From contig NC_069004.1 of the NCBI RefSeq assembly GCF_001194135.2, positions 34,998,235 to 35,048,087 on the forward strand: a stretch of 49,853 nt of DNA. The letters run 5' to 3'. Both the position numbers and the translations under genes were made by a program. The stretch comes from Octopus bimaculoides. Taxonomy: Eukaryota. Positions 37,641-49,853 of the stretch are shown one piece after another; the first letter of the stretch is position 1; the number at the start of each line of letters is the position of its first letter. The notes beneath the pieces were generated by a model, which saw nothing but the letters and a program-made list of their open reading frames with translations, did no database searches and was not told where the DNA came from.

Positions 37641-38279
37641 GATGAAACTAAATTGCTAGGTACAAAGTCATTAAATCTAACACGCCACTGCTCTAGTCAC
37701 GCAGTCAGAGGGGTACACAAACACACACACATATATACACACACATACACAAGAGAGAAACGTAAAGTAACAAAAGCAAATGTGCGTAAGTAAATATACA
37801 CACACATGTATAGATATATACATACAGTCACAGAGAGAGAGAGAGAAGCTTAAAACGTTGAAAACCATTTTGTCTTGGCGACCTGCCATCTCTACTCCCA
37901 CCGTTACTCCAATGGACCATTATAAAAGAACTTGTTTTTATCAGGAATATATCAAAGACCACGCCTCATTCTTCGCTTCCAACCTTCACCCACTACTCCC
38001 ACCCACTTCACACCAGCAGCGCCGGTCAAACCAACGCCAAAAACAGGATTTTTTTTGCCCACTTTCCTATTAATTTCTGTATTTTTTTTAATTCTGCTGT
38101 TTTTTTATTTTTATTTATTTATTTATTCTATTTTATTTTTATTTATTTATTCTATTTTTTATTATTTTCTTTGCAGCCATCGTTTTTTTAATTTTTGTTG
38201 TCTTTTATAAAAAGACAAAATTACTTTTGTAGACTTTCGTGTCACCTTGAATAGTTAAAAGTTACTTGCTTTCCATTGT

Positions 38280-38965
38280 TTTCCTCTTGTTTGTACTATT
38301 GTTGTTGTTGTTGCTGCTGTTGTTGTTGTCAGTCTTGTTGTTGTAGGTTGTGATATTGTAAGGTATGGAGTTGTTGTTGTTCGTGGTAGTCGTGTTGGTG
38401 CAGGTGGCAGTGGGGGCTGGTGCTTTAGCACAGTGGCGGTGATAGTACTAGTGGTGATGGTTATGGTGGGGTGATAGTAGTAGTAGCAGTAGTAGTGGTA
38501 GTGGTGGTGATAGTAGCAATAGTAGTAGTGGTGGTGGTGATAGTAGTAGCAGTAGTAGTAGTTGTTTCGATGACGATACTGGCAGTGAGTTTGTGTTGCA
38601 GTAGGTCTTGGTAGGGTTATCGAAAGTAGTGCTGGTGAGACCGGTGTTGGCAGTGGTATAGGTGGTAGCATTGGCGGTGGTAAGAGTGCCGGTGGTAGTG
38701 GTACTGCCGGTGGTAGCGGTGTTGGTGAGGTTCGTGGTAGTGGTGATGTAGTTTAGCCCTAGGTCACCTCTGAGAACAACCATGATCAATACCAATGCCA
38801 GCTGTAACCATCACATCATTTCCCCACCTCAGGCATAGTGTATCTAGGACTACAGAGGCGTTGTTGGTAGTGGCGTATTGTTCGTATATTGTCGATGGTA
38901 GTGGTGGTATTGCTTTGGTAGTAATTGTTATATTAATGAGGCGGCGGCGTTGGTGCTGGCGGCTG

Positions 38966-38999
<34 letters not shown>

Positions 39000-39030
39000 A
39001 GTGGTGACGGCGGCGTTGTTAGTGTGGTGA
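38280..39030. repeat. Degenerate (GTT/GTA/GGT/GAT)n low-complexity block
   Basis: Read directly; ends in a pure (GAT)n run at about 38965-38999. Confidence 0.85.
38751..38812 (+). mobile_element. Repeat family D copy
   Basis: 'gtttagccctaggtcacctctgagaacaaccatgatcaa...gccagctgtaaccatc' matches 24206. Confidence 0.55.
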
Positions 39031-39494
39031 CGGATCAATTAGAGACAGCCATATTAAGAAACAATCGATGAAAGCGCTGAAGTGCGATATATGTATCGTG
39101 TGTGTATATATATGTGTGTATATGTGTGAGGGAAGGTGGTAGCAGGAGGGAGCAAGGAATGAATTAGGGAAGGGGGAAAGGAGTGAATGGCTGTAAATGA
39201 AAGCGTGTAATTGTATATATATATATATATATATATATACACGTGTGTGTGTGTGTGTGTGTGTGTGTGAGATGAGGTGCGGTACAGAGCGATATTAAAA
39301 TATGACATCAATAATAGGACCAACACGACCAGGTGCTCCGTCACGGATCATTAATCTGATACGTATGTATGAGAAATGGATTTTCTATGCAGGGATTAGC
39401 ATTACACACACACACCAACATTTACTTTCACCCTTATATGTGTGTACATACATTTATGTGTTATTCTATCACTATCACCTTTCTTTTACTCATC

Positions 39495-39527
<33 letters not shown>

Positions 39528-40314
39528 CCGAGCAACCAGGAATGAGGGGAAAGGCCCGATTCGTGCTTCGTTGATAAAGCAGCGTGTTGTATCCTTAAGC
39601 AGGATGTTTCATTTAGCGTTGCTTCAAGCCACTCGGGTGACAATCACAGACACCAGCAAGGACTTCTCCTGCGATGACCTAACGTCTTGTTCTTTTAAGT
39701 AGCTAAGCGCTTCCCATTCCAGGTAAGCCCGGGACTCCTGAGCACTTAAGCTCAAAGCATATATATATATACATATATATATATCATGAACATGATTAGC
39801 GAAAGCGAAACCGGTCGACAACCACCACACTCTTTCACTTAAAATATATTAAGACTATATAAACTGCATTTTCCTTCTTTTATTATATATATATCGTCGA
39901 AAATGAGCAAGGGAAAAGTTTAAAGAAGGAAAAGAAATCGCCAACAAAACGCGTGTAGCTACATTGTTGTTCATACACACACACACACACACACACACAC
40001 AGTGAGAAGATCTCTTAAATCCAGTAACATTGCGATCTCGTTATTTCGGGAGCAAGAAACAATACCAGAATACAGAACTAAGGAGTTGGCTTATGCCAAC
40101 ACAGCCTAGTAAAACTCTAAGCAGACAAACAGACAGACAGGCAGGCAGGCAGACGCTTTATCAGAGCTAGAAAAGGTGTGAAACAGAGATACTATGACTA
40201 AGCGAGTTAAGATTATCTGAATAGGAAGAAAATTTATATAAAAAAAAAGATTATAAATTATTTCACTATTTCTAGATTCGTATATTTTTCACGAAATTTT
40301 GTGTGTGTGTGTTG

Positions 40315-40410
40315 GTATAGTCGAGTATTGCTTCCCAACCACGAGGTCCCGGATTTGATCCCACTGCGTGACATCTTGGGCAAATATTTTCTATAACCTC
40401 GGACCACTCC
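40315..40410 (+). mobile_element. SINE family C head/CORE fragment
   Basis: 'ttgcttcccaaccacgaggtcccggatttgatcccactgcgtgacatcttgggcaaat'. Confidence 0.7.
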
Positions 40411-41679
40411 AAAACAAATGGGTACAGATGGATACTGAACAAAATTCTGTCGCGAGGATTATGGAGTATACCTCAGACTTGTGTCTGTGGAATATGCAGC
40501 CATTTTCACATTAATTCAAGAGCAAGCCTTTCAATTAATAGAACAGCTAAATCCTCATCGTCCAATAACGGAGAAAACGACAGACAAAGACGGATAAATG
40601 AATGAATGAATGAATAGATAGATAGATAGATAGATAAAGAGGGTGTTTCCTCGGCCATATGCTAAATCCCTCCCCGCTCCTATGTAAAGACGCCGATCTA
40701 TTCTCTATAACATGCCATCCGAGAAACTATTGATTTCATCACGATCTGATAGTTATCAGTAAACAGGGGCCACTGAGCCTTTAAATCCTCCCTATTTCTT
40801 GCAATAAAATGTATTAAGGTCCATGATTCAGAATAAAATACGAAAAAAAAAACAAAAAAAACACTTTCAACGTTCTTGAAGGTTTCGCACCTGCCCCTTT
40901 TTCTTTGTATATTTTTCATTCATATTTTTTTTTTATGTTCTTTCTTTCCTGCTTTCTCTCGATCTTGTGCTTTTTTTTATTCTGAAGCTTCGAAGTTGTT
41001 CAAATATTTACCCGAACACTTCCCCATCCCTGACGCTCTTTCATTCTTAAAACCCTTCTATTTCCCTTAGTAATATTAGCAGCATCAGCATCATCATCAG
41101 CAGCAAGACTATCTCTCTATGTATCTAAAGTAAAATGAAAAAAATAGATAAAAAATAGGTCGTCATTTCGAACTGGATTCCTTTTGCAAACTAATCTCAG
41201 GTTTAACCGGGTATTGTTGGGTATTTTTATTGATCTTCCTACTAAATACGTAAATATATTTAATTCAGTCGCAGAACCCGCCTTTTAGTTTATTTCGTGT
41301 CAATTTCGTTTGGGTGGGGGGTCTGGAGAGAGAGAGAGAGAGAGGTTTACTTTAGAGTGTGTATGTACGTTTATATATATTTATATCATTGCAGCTGGTT
41401 GATTTATGACTCGTTAAGTTGTAAAAAAAGCTAATATGTCACTAGGTGTCGCTACACATGTGTCTTTGTATGGAAGACATGTTTCATGTTCCGTCTATCT
41501 CCTTCCTCGCTCAAATTATTTCTACATAACGAAGTATTTTGAATTTTTCTGTGAAATAAATCTGCGCTGTTATAACCACTAACGGCGGGGTCGTATGTTC
41601 GATCTACTCGTGAATTTTTTGGTGCAGTCAAAATTATTCTTGGGGGTCATTCAGGGTCGTGGGGTGGGATTACAGAAAT

Positions 41680-41783
41680 CATTTCGGGGTCGATGAAATA
41701 AGTAGTAGTAAAGCTCTACAGCTGATGTACTCCTCTATCCCAGTCCCCACACAAGGCCTATATCAGAAAGAATTATTATTATC
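41680..41783 (+). mobile_element. SINE family A 3' fragment with (ATT)n tail
   Basis: 'tttcggggtcgatgaaataagta...ggcctatatcagaaagaattattattatc'. Confidence 0.5.
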
Positions 41784-42219
41784 ATTAGCTAAATTGGATT
41801 TACGGTTCAGAATGGGCCCAACAGGCTTAGATTATTGAGTATAAATATTCTACAGAAAAACAGGTGACAATGCCTAATAAACTGTTTTAATATAACATTG
41901 TTTCGATTTTACCATTCGAAATATATTGAACCCGATTTAAAATTAAAGTTTGCTAATCAATATTTTTAACTTTTTTTTTTTTCCTGCCCTCGCTTTTAAC
42001 CAGTTTCTTGCCGGGTTTGCATATATTTCTAGATATTGATACGATGCAGATATTTCCCCCATTAGCTCTGTCCAGAATACCCCCGTTTTCTCACTACAAG
42101 ATGTTCAGTGGTATGGGGAGGAATTCGCAGAATCGGAAACAACGCTCTAACATTGCCATCAACTTACCATTCCAGACTTCTACCTTATTTATCGCCCTGG
42201 AAATGCTGAACCTTGAAGT

Positions 42220-42490
42220 AGGATCAAGGTAGGATTTGAACACAGAGCAGAAGCAGACCGGGCATTAACCACAAAGCAATCGATTCGATACTCTAACAAC
42301 TATCAATTCAACCTGCTAGAAATAACAGCGGAAGTTCCGTCTAATCACAATCCTAGTCCTTTACAAAGGAAGGACATACCAAATAACTTTATCTCAAAGA
42401 CAATATGTCTGAAAACAAAAGACGAGACGTTACATATTGATCGCTTTTGATCATAAGTCTGCGTCGTTAGGAATGACCTGGGGCTAAACA
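42220..42490 (-). mobile_element. Family D segment (42421-42490) followed by a degenerate family A-like head (about 42220-42320)
   Basis: Reverse complement: 'gtttagccccaggtcattcctaacgacgcagacttatgatcaaaagc', then further on 'gttagagtatcg...ctctgtgttcaaatcctacc'. Confidence 0.5.
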
Positions 42491-43110
42491 ACATTAACAA
42501 GAACAACAACAACAAACATTAATTTATTCTGAATTTGTCCAATTATAAGAGACAAAAGAAAATGGTTTTGGAATTGAAATTCTTTGTGAAAACACTTTTA
42601 AAGACAGCGATTAAGGGACTTCATCTCCCCACCCACCCATCACTAATTTTTTTCTATCCACCCCCACCCCCGCTTACTTTCCCTCCTCCTTCTCTTGTCC
42701 TAAATTCATAACAGTTCTGACAGCACAACACTAGGGAATTAGCGACGTTCATGCATTTCTATAGAGAAGAGTACTTGTTTCTTTAAGTTTTAATGAAGTA
42801 TCGATATTATATTTCGAATAAAACAAAGAAAAAAAAAGAAAAGACATACACAACACATAAGCAGACATACAGACAGACAGACACACATATAGAGAATACA
42901 ACACAGTCTTACAGACGCACACACACACACACTCACACACACACACACATAGTACTTATAATACCCAGTGACCTACCAACTAACCGGCCAGCCACCGACA
43001 TAACCAACCGACAAACCAGCCGACTGACTAACCATATTTTTCTTTTAAATAAATCACTTTGCGTTGAGTTTCAACAAAACGAAAAAATAGGTCAATACCA
43101 ATTTATCGTC

Positions 43111-43160
<50 letters not shown>

Positions 43161-43339
43161 GAACTTGGCAATACGTACAGACATACGCAAAGAGACCTTT
43201 ACACAAGTGTGCGTGTGTGTGTGTGTAAACATACGCACGAAAGGCAAACACATACAAACACACAACAATAATAATAATTATAATTTACAATAAAAGAGAT
43301 AATTATTTAAAAAGAAAATTAAATTTATTTTCTATTTTT

Positions 43340-43990
43340 CAACTCTTACCTCCCTCTCTTTCTTCCCCTCTTTCTTCCTCCCTACTCTCTTCTCGTTACC
43401 TTCTCCCCTTCTACTCTTTAGCCTCTCTCTCTCACTCTTACTCCAACGCTCTTCATCTCTTCTTGCTTTCCTCTTCCTCCTCCTCTGTGCCATTGTCTCT
43501 TTGTCCTTTCCCTCTGTTTTCTCTTCTTTTCTTCATTCGCTCCTCACACTCTCAGCTTTATATTTCTCTTCCTCTCCCTTTGCTATTCATTTTCTTTCTC
43601 TACATTCCCCTCCCCCGCCGCCTTGCTCTTCACTGTCTACCATTTTACTCCCTCCCTCCCTCTCTCTCCCCTCTCCATTTCTCACCTTGTTCCGAACTTG
43701 TTCCCGTCTACAACCTTACTCTTGTATTGCTTTCTCTTACACACACATACACACTCTCCCTCTTTCTCTCTCTCATACACACACACTCTCAAACACACTG
43801 GTTCCTCCAGTATTGTCCAGCATTTTTTAATATCCTTTTACCATTTCTTCCCATCTTACTCTTCCCTGTTTCTTTCTCTCTCTCCATCAACTAACTCACT
43901 CCTTCTCCCTCTGTCTATCTCCCACCACCACCACCACCTCTGTCTTTCCGTACCTCTCTCTCAGCTCCATTCTTCTTATTTATTCGTCGT
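43340..43990 (+). repeat. About 650-nt pyrimidine-rich (CT) low-complexity tract
   Basis: Mostly C/T on the plus strand, with short (AC)n interruptions. Confidence 0.85.
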
Positions 43991-44361
43991 TGTTAGAGTT
44001 TTTGTTGTTAGTCTTGTTATTACTGCTGTCGCTGGTGCAGTTGCCGCTCTGCTAACGCAAGGTGCCAGAATGAGAGACTCCAGGCACTAAAATTGGCACA
44101 GCTAATCAAGTGCCAGTCCTTTCATAGCTGGGAGCGCTTGACACCAGAAGGTGAGAACAAATAATAGCGCCAGTGTTGTAGCTTTTCTTGTAATTATTGT
44201 TGTTGTTGCTACTCTTGTTATTTCTGTCGTCATTGTCGTTTTTGTTGTTCCTATTCTTGTAACTGTTGTCATCACAGGGTTAAAATGCCAAACTTTAGGA
44301 TGATTGTTTTATGGAATTGGTGCAAATAAACCCCTGCCCTTCAGGTTATCACAATTATTAC

Positions 44362-44362
<1 letters not shown>

Positions 44363-44413
<51 letters not shown>
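44363..44413. repeat. (ATT)17 microsatellite
   Basis: Read directly; abuts the SINE head at 44414. Confidence 0.95.
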
Positions 44414-44415
<2 letters not shown>

Positions 44416-44550
44416 GGCAGCGAACTGGCAGAATCGTTAGAACACCGGACGAAATGCTTAGCGGTACTTCATCTGCCGCTACGTTCTGAGTTCAAATTCC
44501 ACCGAGGTCGACTTTACCTTTCATCCTTTCGGGGTCGATGAAATAGTACT
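44414..44550 (+). mobile_element. tRNA-derived SINE family A
   Basis: 'aaggcagcgaactggcagaatcgttagaacaccggacgaaatgcttagcgg...gagttcaaattccaccgaggtcgactttacctttcatcctttcggggtcgatgaaat'. Confidence 0.9.
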
Positions 44551-46654
44551 GCCAGATTCTGCTCGCTTGACGTCTTCGGTTCTGATTTAGATGAAAGGCC
44601 AGCCGGAACTTTTCAAAATTTTGAAAAGCAAATTGGTTTCAAAACAATTCAGGAATCGCTGGTACTTGATCCTGAAGACACATGACCAGTACCTTGTCAC
44701 AGGGTACAATCTTGTAGACACAGATGACGAACTCCTACGCACACAGCCATCCATTCGTGGTGGTTGCTGATCGAGAAAAAAATATCGGTCGACATATTCC
44801 AGTCGTGACCGTTCTGTCAATTACGCAGACGAAGTGAAACTAGAACAGTAGCTGATAAATCATACGATACTAATCAAGAAATATGCATATAGATCACCGT
44901 TGTCCCAGCCTACCGTGCCCACCTCGTGTTTTTACCATTTCTTCAGGCATGGAAAAACGTAAGATACATTGAATCATGTTGCCCTAGCTACACCAAAACA
45001 CTTTAGGATTTATGGAACATTTAGCTGTTATTACTAGCGAATCGGTCGACAATGTACATGTGCCTCCCCCCCCCCATCGTTTGCACAGAGGAGGTTGTGG
45101 TGCTTCACCCCCACCCCATTCATCTCTCTCCTTCCCTCCCTTCCAGAAGAAGAAGCCAAGACGAAAATGTGAAGATTAATGATTAATGAACAATGAAATC
45201 AATAAGATAAATGACAAAAGAATTACCGTACAATTTTTCTAATCTCTATTAAAGGGTTTGCCCATCCAACATCTTCATTAATAAAAGTTTAGTCGGGGGT
45301 GAGAGGGGTGGAAGTGGGGAGGGCTAGGGTGGCCGGGTTTGTAGGGTTTCGTTGGCTTANNNNNNNNNNNNNNNNNNNNNNNNNNNNNNNNNNNNNNNNN
45401 NNNNNNNNNNNNNNNNNNNNNNNNNNNNNNNNNNNNNNNNNNNNNNNNNNNNNNNNGCTACATACACCACCACCACCACCACCACTACTACTACCACTGC
45501 TCCTCTTTCTTCTCCTCCTCCCCTCCTCCTCCAATTGTTTTTGATTGGCGTTTGATGTGTTAAAACAAATTTTAAGAAAAACAAAATCTTTAAAACAAAC
45601 AAAACGAGGAATTCGGAAGGAATAAAAGAAGAATTTAGGGAGGCGATGCCTCTGAAGTAGGGAGGTGAGGGAAGGAGGAAGGGATTCTGGAGTACGGGGA
45701 TGAGGGGATTCTGGTAGAGAGAGAGGGGAGAGACAGATACAGAGAGGGAGAGAGAAGGGAGAAGAATGTGATTGGTTACAGACAGGTAAGATTTTTAAAG
45801 ATGTGAACGGAAAGGATGGAGAGTGTGAGAGAGGGGATGGCGAGAAAAGAGACAAAGAAACATGGTTACATTGAACGAGTCGAACTAAGAGAGAGACAGA
45901 CAGACAGACAGATAGATAGAGAATGGAAAGAGAGAGAGAGAGTTTTTGTCAACCTTTTCACAACGACCCTAATTCATTCCAATGCTGCATTCTTCACCGC
46001 ATCCCTTAAACTATCTGCAGTTAGGGGAACTATGTTGGAAAAGCTCAACCAAGTTCTAACGTCTACATTCCAGACATCCATAAAAAAACATTCACAAAAC
46101 ACAATTTAACAAAAATTGCATAAAAACATTATCTCACAAAAGTACAAAAAAACACGAATTAGAAAACGAAACAAAAGATATTAATTTTAATAAATCCATC
46201 GATTATTCCAATTATGTTTCATGAAGATATAATAACTGTCGGATAGTAACATAAACGTAAAAAAAAGACAGGTGTTTTAAGTAATAAATAACGTATAATT
46301 TGTAAAATCTAAAAGTAATTACCTTAAAAAAAAAAGTGGGGAAAAAAAATCATTATTTAACGCCTGGTCTGTTTTGAGCCCTGTGATATATTGTTTTGTT
46401 TCCTTTCGGTTAGAGAGCTACATCAGTGAAAGGAAATAATTCAGGATTTTTCTGTGATGGTACTTTTACGTATATCCGTATAATTGTATTTAAAAAAAAA
46501 AAAAGAATGAGATTAAAAATTTGTAAAACATGAAAAATTATGAATTTGGCAAGTGAGAAAAATTGTAATTTCTCATTTGAGTTTGCGAGGATATTTAACC
46601 AGAGTTAAGAAGTATTTGGAGGTGTGTGGGAAGGCGAAGAGAGAATGAAATTAT

Positions 46655-47030
46655 GGATAGGTGCAGGCGTGCTAAGAAGCTTGCTTCCCAACCACATGGT
46701 TCAGGGTTCAGTCCCACTGCATGGCACCTTTGATGAGTGCTTTCTATAGAATCGGTCGACTGAAGCCTTGTGAGTGGATTTGGTAGGTGGAAACTGGTGT
46801 GTGTATCTATATGCGTGTATTTATGTTTGTCTTCCACCACTGTTTGATAACCGGTGTTGATGCGTTTACGTCCCTGTAACTTAGCGGTTTGGCAAAACAA
46901 CCGAGATAGAATAAGTACCAAGCTTAACAAAAATCAAGTACAGGGGTTGATTCATTCGACTAAAATTTCAAAGCAATGCTCGAGCATGGACGCAATCCAA
47001 TGATCGAAACAAGTAAAAAGTAAAAGATTA
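46655..47030 (+). mobile_element. SINE family C, near full length
   Basis: Head 'aagaagcttgcttcccaaccacatggttcagggttcagtcccactgcatggcacc', central (TG)-like linker, and 3' part 'gtaacttagcggtttggcaaa...gatagaataagtacc...gaaacaagtaaaa'. Confidence 0.85.
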
Positions 47031-47590
47031 GAAACCATTCTCTACATTCTTCTACGATAATCATCTAGATTTTCTCTTAGTAAAGAAAAAAGAGCAAAGA
47101 CAGAAGGTTCTCGAGTCATTTTCTTTAGGATTAAAGAAATTCTCTGAAGTTGAATTACGCAACCTGTTCTTCTGGACAGTCCAAGAATATTGAAACATTT
47201 CTGAGGTGGAGACTTTCAGTGGTTACTACTGAATTCAGGCCACGATAGAGAAGATATTCTTGAAACCGAGATTTTGAACTTACGAAGAAAATATTTACAT
47301 ATCGCCCGTGGAAACACGACCAGATCTCATAATGCAGGGGAAACGGTTGCATAATCAAGTACCTGCACGCCTGGAGAAATACGCTGCGTATAAACAACTG
47401 TAGGGATTAAAAAATAAATGTCCAACCGTACTCCTTGCTGACTCCAAATCTTTTTCAATTATCTCTTCACACACGACAGATGCCCAATCGCAAACCTGGG
47501 AGTACGTCTAATACTACTACTGGGTAACATGGGGTTAATCTGAAGACGGACGAGTTTTATACTGTCCTACGTTCTGAACAGACTATACCA

Positions 47591-47633
<43 letters not shown>

Positions 47634-48404
47634 ATATATATATATATACATATATATAACTAAAACAGTAAATACTAAGGCAGGGGAGTTTCTAAGAATG
47701 ACCAAAGAACCATCACCAGAAGCACATCATATATACATGTACGCGACCTACATAAAGACATGCCTAGATGCACGCTCGAAGCATCGATGCATTTAATCAT
47801 CTATGTATTCTATACATATATATATATTTATATACACGCGCGTGCGCATGATCTATTTACATACCCTACACACACATACATATCCCATACCTCCCCCACC
47901 CAACACATATCTCCTGAACCCATTTACAAACGTTGCAGCAGAAAAGACCTCAAAACAACGAAAACAAAGCAAGGAAAATGACGACGAAAAGACAAACAAG
48001 AGAAAAATTAACAAAAACAACAGCTGCGACAACAACAACAACAACAACTACAACAACGGCCACTACAACAACAATATTAACGAGCACTAATTAGTCGCGT
48101 TAACTCGACGTTCCAAGGATATTTTTCTCCATTTTCCGCAAAATTCTGTCTCAAGAGATATGGTGGAAGACAAATCTTTGTCACAATTTTGGCATTCCAC
48201 TCTCTTCTCGCTCTCTCTCTCTCTCTCTCTTCCTCTATCTCTCTCTCTCTTCCTCTCTCTCTCTTCTCATACTTCAGTCGTCCTTTTTATTCTTCGTCTC
48301 TTCTTACTCCTTCGCTTTCTGGTGAAATTGTTAAAACTAAGAAATTATCATCATCATCGCCGACTACAACTATTCTTATCATCACTAAAAGTACTACTAC
48401 AGAT

Positions 48405-48456
48405 GTTTAACCCCAGGACTAACCTGGTTCACCAAACTGCAGACCAAAGACATTCA
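48405..48456 (+). mobile_element. Repeat family D copy
   Basis: 'gtttaaccccaggactaacctggttcaccaaactgcagaccaaagacattc' resembles 24206 and 38751. Confidence 0.45.
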
Positions 48457-48534
48457 TGCGACGAGCAACATTTCTGTGTCTGAGCCTTTTGTTCGACGCT
48501 CCACCGCTTCTGAAAATCCAAGTAATAATAAAGG

Positions 48535-48742
48535 TTTCAAATGTTGGCACAAGGCTAGCAATTTGGTGTTTAAGAGCTTAGCCCATTACATTGACCCTAA
48601 GTTTCAACTAGTGCTTATTCTGTCGACCACAAAAGGATAAAAGGCAAAGGTGACTTCGTCAGAGTTTGAACTCAGAACATAAAGAGCTGGAAGAAAGGCC
48701 GATAAACATTTTGTCCGACGCGCTAACGATTCTGCTATACCT
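48535..48742 (-). mobile_element. SINE family A
   Basis: 'ttattctgtcgaccacaaaaggataaaaggcaaaggtgacttcgtcagagtttgaactcagaac...gctaacgattctgc'. Confidence 0.75.
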
Positions 48743-48769
48743 AGCCGATTTGAGAACATAATGATTTCA

Positions 48770-48972
48770 TATTTTGATACATGGCCAGCAGTTTTAATGG
48801 AGAGGTTAAGCAATTATTTTGACTCTCATGTTCAAATGATACTTCATTTTATCGACCCTGAAATAAATGAAAGGCAAGTTAGACCACAACGTAATTTGAA
48901 CTCAAACCGCAAACACAAAAGAAATGCTGCTGGGCACTTTGTCCGGCATGCTACCGAATTTGCCAGCTCACC
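48770..48972 (-). mobile_element. SINE family A, tandem with the previous copy
   Basis: 'tttatcgaccctgaaataaatgaaaggcaag...aatttgaactc...gtccggcatgctaccgaatttgccagctcacc', followed by (AAT)n. Confidence 0.75.
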
Positions 48973-49809
48973 AAATAATGATAATAATAATGATAATAAT
49001 ATGACTGATTTTATACTGATGTTTGTAACATGATATACGGAAATATATAGATGTTAAAGCACATAGGCGAAAACATATAAGCGAAAAATAAGACTCAGTA
49101 AAAATTGTAGTTCTAAAAAATGGCGACAAAATAGACTGGTACCAGGAATAAAAAATGGAACAAAACCCGAAGAAATAAAGAATGGCTTCAGATATATAAG
49201 AAACAAAATGGCTGACATAAACCGCTGTGAATATTTTAAAGAAGATAAAGTCACAAAGAACAGACGATAAAAATGCAGAAAAATATCAGTGACTCCATTA
49301 TCAGCAAGGCGGAACTAATCGAATAGTTTTGACATTTCATTTCGAGTAGATATTTCTTCAAACAAAGAACAACAAATATAGACAAAAAAATTAACGAAAA
49401 AAACATAAGCAACTTAGTATGATATATCATTTTCTAAACATTTCTTGTTACACTTGTTAAAAGTATTCTGCGGTTTTTAAACAGTTCCAGATTTCTTGGA
49501 ATGGAACGATATAAGATTTCGTAGATTTGTATCTTAATATTATTTCAGGCGGGTTAACACTGATATACAAAGAGTTGTTCAGAAGGTCTTTTAATGTGAT
49601 TTTAATATATATATATATATATATATAAACTTACTTGGAAATAGATGCGAAGCGTTGAATTAAATAATAAATAATATATATGTATGTTTTATCTTTTAGT
49701 GGTTTCAACCCAGGTCTGAGGCCATGCTGGTGCACCATCTGCAGTTGCTCGGTGTTGTTTCCGATATTATTTTACATATAAGCATACATATACTTGTATA
49801 CATATACAT

Positions 49810-49853
<44 letters not shown>

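Noticed and set aside
38448-38795. Thr-rich mucin-like minus-strand ORF
   Set aside because: Lies in a degenerate (GTA/GGT/GTT)n block of a type seen repeatedly in the window, includes a family D repeat at its start, and lacks convincing splice sites.
44128-44150. 23-nt candidate microexon (tttcatag| ... aag|gtgaga)
   Set aside because: Good splice sites, but too short to assess, not frame-preserving, and expected by chance in 50 kb.
44591-44770. Short ORF MKGQPELFKILKSK...RNRWYLILK after a tttag acceptor
   Set aside because: Only a vague PH-like impression; the donor is weak and no homology can be supported.

Overview
AT-rich, microsatellite-saturated animal genomic DNA from a draft assembly, with 12 N-gaps totalling about 3 kb. 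The SINE families and simple-repeat density point to a coleoid cephalopod, most likely Octopus; this is an inference from repeat content, not a database result. No complete gene, RNA gene, CRISPR array or operon is supported, and most listed ORFs are translations of simple repeats or gaps. The window looks intronic or intergenic. It holds many tRNA-derived SINE copies: family A (Meta-domain-like), family B (CORE/V-like), family C (CORE-like, resembling octopus OR-type SINEs) and a short unnamed family D. It also holds a decayed RTE-like LINE, two Tc1/mariner-type MITEs and a Helitron-like element. The best non-repeat signals are a dense ETS/CRE/CLEAR/AP-1 motif cluster at 1243-1302 and a clean 126-nt candidate exon at 27173-27298. 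Also notable are an unexplained decayed minus-strand reading frame at about 20050-20850, SINE heads sitting on (ATT)n tracts, and a nested fold-back at 34563-35436. I found no convincing novel biological system. Repeat boundaries are approximate (about +/-15 nt).
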